Assembly: GCA_964474755.1 (NCBI GenBank)
Contig: CAYYUG010000008.1
Span: 13,360-77,359 of the forward strand
Direction of reading: 5' to 3'
DNA length: 64,000 nt
Origin: an uncultured Rhodospirillaceae bacterium
Lineage (GTDB): Bacteria > Pseudomonadota > Alphaproteobacteria > UBA8366 > GCA-2717185
Below, piece by piece: positions 56,651-64,000 of this stretch. Position 1 is the stretch's first letter; every line of letters begins with the position of its first letter. The translations under genes were made by a program, and so were the position numbers. A model generated the notes under the pieces. The model had not been told where the DNA came from and made no database searches. It worked only from the letters and a program-made list of their open reading frames with translations.

Positions 56651-58131
56651 ACATGTTCAAAATTTTTTGTTTTCTGTTCAGGTTCCGAAAGCAAATCATT
56701 ACGTGGCCAATTTTTGGCTTAACGTTTGCGGTATTAGTTTCCGGCGTCGTCTATGCGCAGAATAGTTCGACGACGATAGTTCCGGAGCCTTTAACATCAG
56801 TAGAAAAAAAATCACCATCAAAGGACATCCCCACGCTCAACGCCGAAACAATTTCTATTCCCCTTAATAAAGCTCATTTTATTCAACTTCTAGAGCCAAT
56901 AAGGGATGTTATAATCGCGAATCCAAATATCGCTGACGTGCTTGTTAAAACGCCGAACGACCTCTACCTAATCGGGAAAGCACTCGGAAGAACTAACGTA
57001 TTCCTACTGGGAGCTGACGGACAAATAACAAGACATATTGTTATTGATGTCGAAAGCGATATCATTGCTGCTCGCAAAGCAATTAAGTCACTATTGCCAG
57101 ATGCGAATGTCGATGTAAAAGGTATTGGTGATAGCTTAGTTCTTACAGGAACAGTTCGTTCCGCTAACGAATCCGTGGATGCCGCTACGGTTGCGCGACG
57201 GTTTGTCGAGCAAGATAGCAACGTCATTAACATGTTGCGTATCTTAAAGGACCTTCAAGTACTCCTTCAAGTCCGCGTAGCAGAAATGCAACGAACGACA
57301 ATTAAAAATTTATCAGTGAGTGCTTCATTTAATAAGATCCTTAGAAACAGGGCCCTTAATGCTTTAACGACCGCAATTGTTCCTTCAGGGTCTATTCCCG
57401 CTATAACTGGGACAGTAACTTTCAACAAATTAGGGTTACAGGCTGCGACTTTCTCAGCACTTGAGCGCCAAGGCCTCATTAAGACTCTGGCAGAGCCAGC
57501 ATTGACGGCAATTTCAGGTGAAACGGCGAATTTTTTAGCCGGTGGTGAGATCCCAACGCCGTCGGGTGTCGATAATCAAGGCCGATTAATCATAGATTTC
57601 CGAGAATTTGGTGTCGCCCTTAGTTTTACACCAACAGTATTAGATCATGATCAAATTAATCTTAGGATATCAACAGAAGTTAGCCGCCAGTCTAACGAAA
57701 ATAGATTAGTTCTCCCATTTGGAACCGTTAATCAATCAGTCGACGTCCTCGGCCTTTCCATCAGGCGAGCGCAAAGTACAGTAAATTTGACTAGCGGAAC
57801 CAGCATGATGATTGCTGGAATGCTTCAAAGAGACGAAGTCAACCAAACAGATGGAACCCCTTGGCTGAAGGACGTTCCTATTCTGGGGGCACTTTTCAGA
57901 AGTCAAGCATTCCAAAACAACGAAACCGAACTTGTTGTTTTGGTTACTCCCTATATCGTTCGACCAGTAAAACCAACTAACAAACTTAACCTGCCCACTG
58001 ACGGTTTTGCTTCTGCCAGCGACACCGATCTTTATCTGTTAGGCCGGTTATATAAGCAATATGGTCGTAATAAGAGCGGGCGACAGAAAATTCCTTTAAT
58101 TCAAGGACCCGTCGGGTATGTTTTAAAATGA
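56647..58131 (+). CDS. cpaC: Tad secretin CpaC/RcpA (type II/III secretion system secretin family)
   Basis: 494-aa ORF with a 4-nt overlap with cpaB. It has a signal/anchor segment. The secretin core is LAEPALTAISGETANFLAGGEIP ... VPILGALFRS ... ELVVLVTPYIV. Confidence 0.9.
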   Translation: MNMFKIFCFLFRFRKQIITWPIFGLTFAVLVSGVVYAQNSSTTIVPEPLTSVEKKSPSKDIPTLNAETISIPLNKAHFIQLLEPIRDVIIANPNIADVLVKTPNDLYLIGKALGRTNVFLLGADGQITRHIVIDVESDIIAARKAIKSLLPDANVDVKGIGDSLVLTGTVRSANESVDAATVARRFVEQDSNVINMLRILKDLQVLLQVRVAEMQRTTIKNLSVSASFNKILRNRALNALTTAIVPSGSIPAITGTVTFNKLGLQAATFSALERQGLIKTLAEPALTAISGETANFLAGGEIPTPSGVDNQGRLIIDFREFGVALSFTPTVLDHDQINLRISTEVSRQSNENRLVLPFGTVNQSVDVLGLSIRRAQSTVNLTSGTSMMIAGMLQRDEVNQTDGTPWLKDVPILGALFRSQAFQNNETELVVLVTPYIVRPVKPTNKLNLPTDGFASASDTDLYLLGRLYKQYGRNKSGRQKIPLIQGPVGYVLK

Positions 58132-58811
58132 CCTTGTTTTATCAAAAATATCTCTGCATCAATCACGTATTGCAGCTGTTAGCCGTAGCTTGTGTAGCAG
58201 GAATTTGTGCTGCCTGTGTTAGTTCAAATAATGAGGCTAAACCTATTCAACACTACCCCATAAATTCTGAACTTGTAACTTTTACAGTTGGCTTGAGATT
58301 TGATAGCCAGGAAAACTTAGCTTTTGCTCACGACGAACAAACATTCAAAAAGTTTTTAAGGGAATTTGCGCGACGTGGACGCAGTCCACTTACTGTGTCG
58401 ACAACTCCTCAGTCAAAACTTGAAAATGAGAAATCAGTGATCATGCGCCTGGTGGCCGAAGGAGTTGACCGCCAGTCTATTATACTAAAACAAGGAGCAG
58501 CGCCTAAAACAGATGCATTTGGTGTGATGTTTAGCTTCCGTGGTTATATGGTAGATGTACCAATTTGTGAGAATTGGCTTGAAGCAAAGAATCATAATCA
58601 AACAAATTTACCGCATGCTAATTACGGATGTTCTTATCAACGCAATATCGGCTTAATGTTGGCTGATCCAGGTGACTTAGTAGCACCAAAAGGCATATCC
58701 GGCACCGATGCACGCAGAATGGATGAAGTTATTCGGGTCTTCAGACGAGGAGAAGCCGCAGGCGCTGCTGTTCCAAAGGATGAAAAATCTACGTTCGCGG
58801 ATCCGACCTAG
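58128..58811 (+). CDS. cpaD: Pilus assembly protein CpaD-like (probable lipoprotein)
   Basis: 227-aa ORF overlapping cpaC by 4 nt. It has an N-terminal hydrophobic segment with Cys residues (LLAVACVAGICAACVSSNN). Position and size match CpaD. The C-terminal ANYGCSYQRNIGLMLADPGDL block is CpaD-like. Confidence 0.65.
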   Translation: MTLFYQKYLCINHVLQLLAVACVAGICAACVSSNNEAKPIQHYPINSELVTFTVGLRFDSQENLAFAHDEQTFKKFLREFARRGRSPLTVSTTPQSKLENEKSVIMRLVAEGVDRQSIILKQGAAPKTDAFGVMFSFRGYMVDVPICENWLEAKNHNQTNLPHANYGCSYQRNIGLMLADPGDLVAPKGISGTDARRMDEVIRVFRRGEAAGAAVPKDEKSTFADPT

Positions 58812-58851
58812 TAACAATAAGTTCTCGGCAGATAAATTAACGGCTAGAACC

Positions 58852-60045
58852 ATGACCCTCCGGATTTCCATAGCGGCATTTTCTATAGAAAGTGAAACCG
58901 TCAACGTCGTAGAAGCACTCCGGAACCAACGGCAGTATTCACGTTGTGAAATTATTAATCAGGAAGGCGGTATAGGGGCGGCAAGAAATTTTCTTGCAGA
59001 AAATGAAACTCCAAACTTGCTAATTATCGAAACTGATTTAGTTGGAACCCCTTTATTCGAAGAATTGGAATCACTTGCAAGTGTGTTTGATCCGAACAGT
59101 CGTTTAATGCTCATTGGACAAGAGAATGACATTCAATTGTACCGCCAGCTTATAGAAATGGGTATTAGTGAGTATCTCTGCGGTCCTATAAACGAAGATC
59201 AGTTAAAAAACAGTATCAACGAGTTATATGCGGACCCTGAAGCCATTGATCTCGGTCGCGTAATCGCTTGCGTTGGAGCCAGAGGAGGTGCCGGCAGTAG
59301 TACGGTAGCTTCTAATCTTGCCTACACTTTAGGCCAGCAATATTTGAACGAGGTAATATTAGTCGACCTTGACCTTTGTTTTGGTACAGCTGCGTTAGCA
59401 CTCAATCTACAACAACGGCAGAGTATTTCCGATGCATTGGCGCAGCCGAACCGTCTTGACGATGTACTGATAGAAAGGTTCATGCTGAAGTATAATGAAT
59501 ACCTTTCTGTCGTGGCCGCACCGACTGTCCTGGGTAGTGACTATGAAATACCGTTAAATGCATTCGAAATTTTTCTCGAACTTGTGCGCAAAATGTCACC
59601 TTTCATTGTTCTCGATGTTCCCCATCAATGGTCACCCTGGGTGAGTGAAGTTCTTTTGGATGCGAATGAGGTTTTGGTGGTTGCCTATCCCGACCTGGCT
59701 AACCTTCGTGATGCACAAGCAATTTTTGAAAGGCTGATGGAGAAACGAAATGTCGACGAACCAACACGTTTAGTGCTTAATCGCGTTGGTATGGCCAAGG
59801 GATCTGAGGTTGGTCCAAAAGATTTTGAGGGCGCCACCAAAGTAGAGCCGACATTAAACATTCCATTTGATCCCAAACTTTTCAGCATAGCTCTAAATAA
59901 TGGCCAATCCATTGCAGAAGTTAGCAAGCGAGCAAAGTCGACTAAATTGTTTAGTGAACTTGCAACGATTGTGAGTGGTAAAATGAAGGCTAAGCAACAA
60001 CGTTCAGGGCGAGGGCTTATTAACTTTATGAAATCTAAAAAATGA
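58852..60045 (+). CDS. cpaE: CpaE/TadZ pilus assembly protein (receiver-like N-domain + ParA/MinD-type ATPase fold)
   Basis: ORF 58708..60045, with a likely start at MTLRISIAAFS (58852) just after cpaD. The deviant Walker A is VGARGGAGSSTVASNLAY. Confidence 0.8.
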   Translation: MTLRISIAAFSIESETVNVVEALRNQRQYSRCEIINQEGGIGAARNFLAENETPNLLIIETDLVGTPLFEELESLASVFDPNSRLMLIGQENDIQLYRQLIEMGISEYLCGPINEDQLKNSINELYADPEAIDLGRVIACVGARGGAGSSTVASNLAYTLGQQYLNEVILVDLDLCFGTAALALNLQQRQSISDALAQPNRLDDVLIERFMLKYNEYLSVVAAPTVLGSDYEIPLNAFEIFLELVRKMSPFIVLDVPHQWSPWVSEVLLDANEVLVVAYPDLANLRDAQAIFERLMEKRNVDEPTRLVLNRVGMAKGSEVGPKDFEGATKVEPTLNIPFDPKLFSIALNNGQSIAEVSKRAKSTKLFSELATIVSGKMKAKQQRSGRGLINFMKSKK

Positions 60046-61586
60046 CTACTTTTGGACGTAGAGTTAAAACACCGGAAACAAAGGACTCAACCTTACTGGC
60101 AGAGCCCGTTGACGACACGCCTACTGCAGATAGTCCGGTCACCTTAGTGACTTCCCCGGAATATTCTGACCCACAGCCAACAGTCCAGCCAGAAAAAATC
60201 AATGAGCCAAAATCTGCGACAGTACCCGTGCTTGATATGGCTAAACTCGAGGGCGGGGAACAGGAAACGCAAAAAAGTGTGGATAGTGAACCACTACCGA
60301 GGCAAGGGCCGCTTGATGAAAAGCTACAAGAAATAAAAGTTAGTGTTTTTAATTACCTAATTGAAGCGGTAGACCTTTCGCAACTCGCGTCTCTCGAACA
60401 TTCAGAGGTGCGCGAAGAAATTAGTGACATTGCTAGTGAAATAATTGGCATGCGAGGCTTTGTACTTAGTGCACAAGAGCAGCAACACGTAATAGAAGAT
60501 ATTTGCAACGATGTACTGGGTCTCGGACCTTTGGAACCACTACTGGCCCGTGATGATATCACTGATATCATGGTGAATGGTCCGGATAAAGTCTATATCG
60601 AAACCAAGGGAAAACTGGAGCTTACCGACGTTAAGTTCCGCGATGCTGCACAACTCATGAACGTATGTCAGCGTATTGTTACAGCTGTTGGGCGCCGCGT
60701 TGATGAAGCTAGCCCAATCTGTGATGCGCGCTTGCTTGATGGATCACGAGTGAATGTCATAGCAAACCCGTTGTCAGTTGATGGGGCGACACTCACAATT
60801 CGAAAATTCCAGAAGGAAAAATTAACACTCGATAACCTAATAGACTTCAAAAGCGTATCGCCAGAATGCGCACAGGTCTTAGAGGTCATCGGGGGTTGCC
60901 GGCTAAACATCTTAGTTTCGGGTGGAACGGGATCGGGTAAGACCACGTTACTTAATTGTCTCACAAACTTTATCGAGGACGGCGAGCGTGTTGTCACTTG
61001 TGAGGATGCCGCAGAACTACAACTGAAAAACCCACACGTCGTGCGTTTAGAAACTCGTCCGGCAAACCTCGAAGGCGCAGGCGAGGTAACAATGCGCGAT
61101 CTCGTACGGAATTGCCTTCGAATGCGCCCGGAACGCATTATCGTTGGAGAGGTCCGCGGCTCCGAAGCATTTGACCTTTTACAAGCGATGAACACTGGTC
61201 ACGACGGCTCGATGGGTACCGTGCACGCTAACAACCCACGTGAAGGAATCTCTCGTATCGAAAACATGATCGCTATGGGTGGCTTCAACCTTCCCGCAAA
61301 GGCAATGAGGGAACAAATTGCTTCAGCTATCAACGTCGTAGTGCAAGCCGCGCGTTTGCGTGACGGCTCACGAAAAATTACTCACGTGACCGAGGTAATC
61401 GGCATGGAAGGTGATGTAGTAACCATGCAAGACCTCTTTGTCTTTGAGATAGAGGGCGAGGACGCGGATGGAAACATTATCGGCCAACATAAGGCAACAG
61501 GCCTTCGTCCCACATTTTGGGATAAGGCTCGATATTTTGGTCTCGAAGAAAAATTAGCCAACGCATTAGAAGCTTCTAATGTTTGA
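60042..61586 (+). CDS. cpaF: CpaF/TadA family secretion ATPase
   Basis: 514-aa ORF with a 4-nt overlap with cpaE. Walker A is SGGTGSGKTTLLN, the Asp box is VTCEDAAEL, Walker B is RIIVGEVRG and the His box is AMNTGHDGSMGTVHAN. Confidence 0.92.
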   Translation: MTTFGRRVKTPETKDSTLLAEPVDDTPTADSPVTLVTSPEYSDPQPTVQPEKINEPKSATVPVLDMAKLEGGEQETQKSVDSEPLPRQGPLDEKLQEIKVSVFNYLIEAVDLSQLASLEHSEVREEISDIASEIIGMRGFVLSAQEQQHVIEDICNDVLGLGPLEPLLARDDITDIMVNGPDKVYIETKGKLELTDVKFRDAAQLMNVCQRIVTAVGRRVDEASPICDARLLDGSRVNVIANPLSVDGATLTIRKFQKEKLTLDNLIDFKSVSPECAQVLEVIGGCRLNILVSGGTGSGKTTLLNCLTNFIEDGERVVTCEDAAELQLKNPHVVRLETRPANLEGAGEVTMRDLVRNCLRMRPERIIVGEVRGSEAFDLLQAMNTGHDGSMGTVHANNPREGISRIENMIAMGGFNLPAKAMREQIASAINVVVQAARLRDGSRKITHVTEVIGMEGDVVTMQDLFVFEIEGEDADGNIIGQHKATGLRPTFWDKARYFGLEEKLANALEASNV

Positions 61587-62586
61587 CTCGTTAGCAATGA
61601 CAGAAGCCGGAACACTAATCGCCGTTACGGTGCTAATGATTATAATCATGTTTACGTTCATCGGCGGCCTCGGTTACGTGATCATATTGCGCCCAAGATT
61701 GCGTTTACGGCGTCGAATGACCGAATTTAATTTAGTTGCGAGCGGTGCAGGTAAAAAAAACAAAGCCGCTGCCAACCCACGCCAGAGTCAAATACAACAA
61801 AAACTAAAGGAACTTGAAGATAAAGCTGATAAGAAAAAGCAAAGGAACGAGATTCGAACAGAGTTACTCCAGGCAGGTCTTAGTATTAGTGTTCGACAAT
61901 ATTTTATACTAACAGGTATTGCTGGTCTCGGAGTAGGCGGAATAGCGATGCTATTCAATTTTAGCATAGTTATAGCCATCCCATTGGCGCTTATAGGGAC
62001 TTTTGGCTTACCAAAACTTTTCATTCGCTTAATGGCTAAATCTCGTAGAAAAAAGTTCACCCAAAATTTCGCGAACGCAGTCGATATTATGGTTCGTGGT
62101 GTTAAATCGGGACTACCGGTAAGCGAGTGTTTAACAATTATAGGCCGTGAATCTCCGGAGCCAGTTGGTGAAATTGTTCGTATCTTAGTTGAAGGCCAGA
62201 AAATTGGAATTGGCATGGAGGACCTGTTGGCGAGAGGTCTGGAAAGAATGCCTACCTCCGAATTCAAGTTTTTTACCATCGTATTGCTGATTCAACAGCA
62301 AACTGGGGGGAACCTAGCAGAAACACTGGAAGGTCTCTCTACCGTTCTTCGTGAACGAAAAAAACTCAAAGACAAGGCAAAAGCACTTTCCAGCGAAGCA
62401 AAATCATCAGCTGGAATTATCGGTTCCCTTCCATTTCTAGTCGGGGGCTTAGTCTGGCTTCTTAACCCCGACTACATCGGTTTACTATTCACCGAACAGG
62501 CCGGCAATATCGCGTTAATTGGAGGCCTATGCTGGATGGGAATAGGTGTCCTAGTTATGTCAAAAATGATCAATTTTGATATCTAA
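61579..62586 (+). CDS. tadB: Type II secretion system F family protein TadB
   Basis: 335-aa ORF overlapping cpaF by 8 nt. It has an N-terminal TM segment, a cytoplasmic T2SSF domain (FANAVDIMVRGVKSGLPVSECL) and C-terminal TM helices. Confidence 0.85.
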   Translation: MFDSLAMTEAGTLIAVTVLMIIIMFTFIGGLGYVIILRPRLRLRRRMTEFNLVASGAGKKNKAAANPRQSQIQQKLKELEDKADKKKQRNEIRTELLQAGLSISVRQYFILTGIAGLGVGGIAMLFNFSIVIAIPLALIGTFGLPKLFIRLMAKSRRKKFTQNFANAVDIMVRGVKSGLPVSECLTIIGRESPEPVGEIVRILVEGQKIGIGMEDLLARGLERMPTSEFKFFTIVLLIQQQTGGNLAETLEGLSTVLRERKKLKDKAKALSSEAKSSAGIIGSLPFLVGGLVWLLNPDYIGLLFTEQAGNIALIGGLCWMGIGVLVMSKMINFDI

Positions 62587-62589
62587 ACT

Positions 62590-63546
62590 ATGTCTACCCT
62601 TTTTGAATCCGAAACTATCATCCTCTTACTTAGCGCTATAGTTGCCTTCGCGTCAGTCATGGCATTTGTATTACCGTTTATAAAACGAAACAAAGGTGAC
62701 GCCCGCCGGCGAGAAATTGCCGAACGGCGAAATGAACTCAGTCGTGAACAACGCGAAGAACTGGTGCGCAAGCGCTCCCGTGAACGTCCACTAGCGCGCG
62801 TAAATATGATGAAGCAGTTGCTGGAACGGTTTAACCTATCCAGGCTCGCAGCCTCGCCAGAGTTACGCCGTAAGTTAATGATCGCCGGCTATAGACAGCA
62901 GTCCGCTGTTTTAACCTTCATATTCCTGCGTTTCGGGCTAGCACTTGGTTTCCTGGTTTTGGCAATTCTATTTTTTTTGTTGGATAAAGATTCCGAACTA
63001 ACCGGTATTGTTCGATCCGGTATTGTATTTTTTGCAGGGTTAGTCGGTTTCTATCTACCCGCTCTCTTGGTCAAAAGTATAACACAGAAACGACAGGATG
63101 AAATGCGGCTAGCATTCCCTGATGCGGTTGACCTGCTGGTAATTTGTGTTCAAGCAGGCCTCTCTATCGAGGCAGCCTTTGCTCGAGTAACGGAGGAAAT
63201 CTCAAGTACAAGCGAAGCACTTTCACAGGAAATTAGTTTGACGGCGGCAGAATTGGCTTTCCTAGGAGATAGGCACAAGGCCTACGCAAACTTCGCCGAA
63301 CGCACTGGGTTGGAAGGTGCAAAATCCTTGGGTACGGCGCTTTCACAAGCGGATAAATATGGGACACCTGTGGGCACTGCGCTCAAAGTACTTTCCGAAG
63401 AAAGCCGAAATGAGCGGATGTCGAGGGCTGAAACAAAAGCAGCAGGTTTACCAGCTCAGCTTACTGTTCCAATGATTTTATTTTTTCTGCCAGTTCTTTT
63501 CATAGTGATCATTGGTCCTGCTGTCCTACAATTCCTGGTTTCTTAG
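62590..63546 (+). CDS. tadC: Type II secretion system F family protein TadC
   Basis: 318-aa ORF with a T2SSF domain (LAFPDAVDLLVICVQAGLSIEAAF). Membrane topology is similar to TadB. Confidence 0.85.
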   Translation: MSTLFESETIILLLSAIVAFASVMAFVLPFIKRNKGDARRREIAERRNELSREQREELVRKRSRERPLARVNMMKQLLERFNLSRLAASPELRRKLMIAGYRQQSAVLTFIFLRFGLALGFLVLAILFFLLDKDSELTGIVRSGIVFFAGLVGFYLPALLVKSITQKRQDEMRLAFPDAVDLLVICVQAGLSIEAAFARVTEEISSTSEALSQEISLTAAELAFLGDRHKAYANFAERTGLEGAKSLGTALSQADKYGTPVGTALKVLSEESRNERMSRAETKAAGLPAQLTVPMILFFLPVLFIVIIGPAVLQFLVS

Positions 63547-64000
63547 GCGAATCAGTTTTTTGTAATAGTTTGTGATCTATATAACCTCGGCTTCCATTAG
63601 GGAGTTCAACGAACACCCACTTCTTATCCAGGGAATAACCGAGTAGTCGAACTTCGTCACCCTTTTTTAACAGTCCGACAGACTTATGACTGACGGCTGG
63701 GCCCGGATGAACATTGGTTTCCCCTAATGTAAAGTATACACCATCCAACATTGGCGTATTTTGTTGAGTCCGATGCTGTCGTGCATCAGCTTGTCTTACA
63801 TTGGCTGCCAACAATTTTTTAGACTTTGATAATGCAAACTTTGAAACAATAGGATCATTGGACGCGTGCAACTCCTTCAAGACCGAAATATTTTGATCAA
63901 CGATGAGATCTGTTAGATCAGCTTTGCCAAGTTCTTTTGCCTTATTTAACTGGCCGCTCAGCCCATACAGCAGAGCTAAGTTTTGGCGAGATTGCATAGA
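63509..64000 (-). CDS. TPR-repeat protein with C-terminal SH3b domain (TadD-like accessory protein?), N-terminus beyond window end
   Basis: The frame is open from the window edge to the TGA at 63509. It has a TPR-like QNLALLYGLSGQLNKAKELG and an SH3b-like TNVHPGPAVSHKSVGLLKKGDEVRLLGYSLDKKWVFVELPNGSRGYIDHKLL. It overlaps the 3' end of tadC by 38 nt on the opposite strand. Confidence 0.6.
   Translation of the reverse strand, partial: SMQSRQNLALLYGLSGQLNKAKELGKADLTDLIVDQNISVLKELHASNDPIVSKFALSKSKKLLAANVRQADARQHRTQQNTPMLDGVYFTLGETNVHPGPAVSHKSVGLLKKGDEVRLLGYSLDKKWVFVELPNGSRGYIDHKLLQKTDSPKKPGIVGQQDQ

Noticed and set aside
1-64000. Search for tRNA, rRNA, CRISPR arrays, IS elements, integrases, toxin-antitoxin or known defence systems
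   Set aside because: I found no T-loop/acceptor-stem architecture, no rRNA-like conserved stretches and no regularly spaced direct repeats. No ORF had transposase, recombinase, nuclease or defence-type motifs. This was by-eye inspection only, so short or degenerate elements could be missed.

Overview
This is a densely packed 64-kb bacterial chromosomal segment. The gene families and the Cpa-type Tad locus look alphaproteobacterial, but that cannot be proven from the window alone. I support about 55 intact protein-coding genes, 4 decayed gene remnants and a few RNA-structure signals. I found no rRNA, tRNA, CRISPR array, transposase, integrase or recognisable transcription factor.

Positions 1-54.2 kb are a mosaic of oxidative and catabolic enzyme genes:
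- a BetC-type sulfatase, a PhnW-like transaminase and a hydantoinase A/B pair
- a GMC oxidoreductase and a lactonase
- six luciferase-like (LLM) flavin monooxygenases and two TauD dioxygenases
- five SDRs, two crotonases and a family III CoA-transferase
- an Mcd-like acyl-CoA dehydrogenase with an epimerase
- a TPP enzyme, a GGT, an omega-transaminase, a lone CoxL-type molybdoenzyme subunit and a DehI-like protein
- four MFS transporters

Positions 54.2-55.6 kb are gene-poor and contain decayed reading frames. This stretch coincides with a drop in G+C. From 55.6 kb to the window end lies a lower-G+C Tad/Flp pilus assembly locus (cpaB-cpaC-cpaD-cpaE-cpaF-tadB-tadC, plus a convergent TPR/SH3b gene). 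It has no pilin or prepilin peptidase gene where one is expected.

The most interesting observation is a CMD/AhpD-family gene at 13794..14312 that the ORF track splits in two. A single in-frame UGA sits exactly at the second Cys position of the CxxC redox motif, and a strong SECIS-like hairpin follows it. This makes it a candidate selenoprotein.

Other notable items:
- a frame-intact dicluster ferredoxin-like gene with three in-frame stops
- a relic 3' end of a second phnW-like gene directly behind hyuB
- a truncated tauE/TSUP relic
- a 9.7-kb co-directional block with four LLM genes and no flavin reductase
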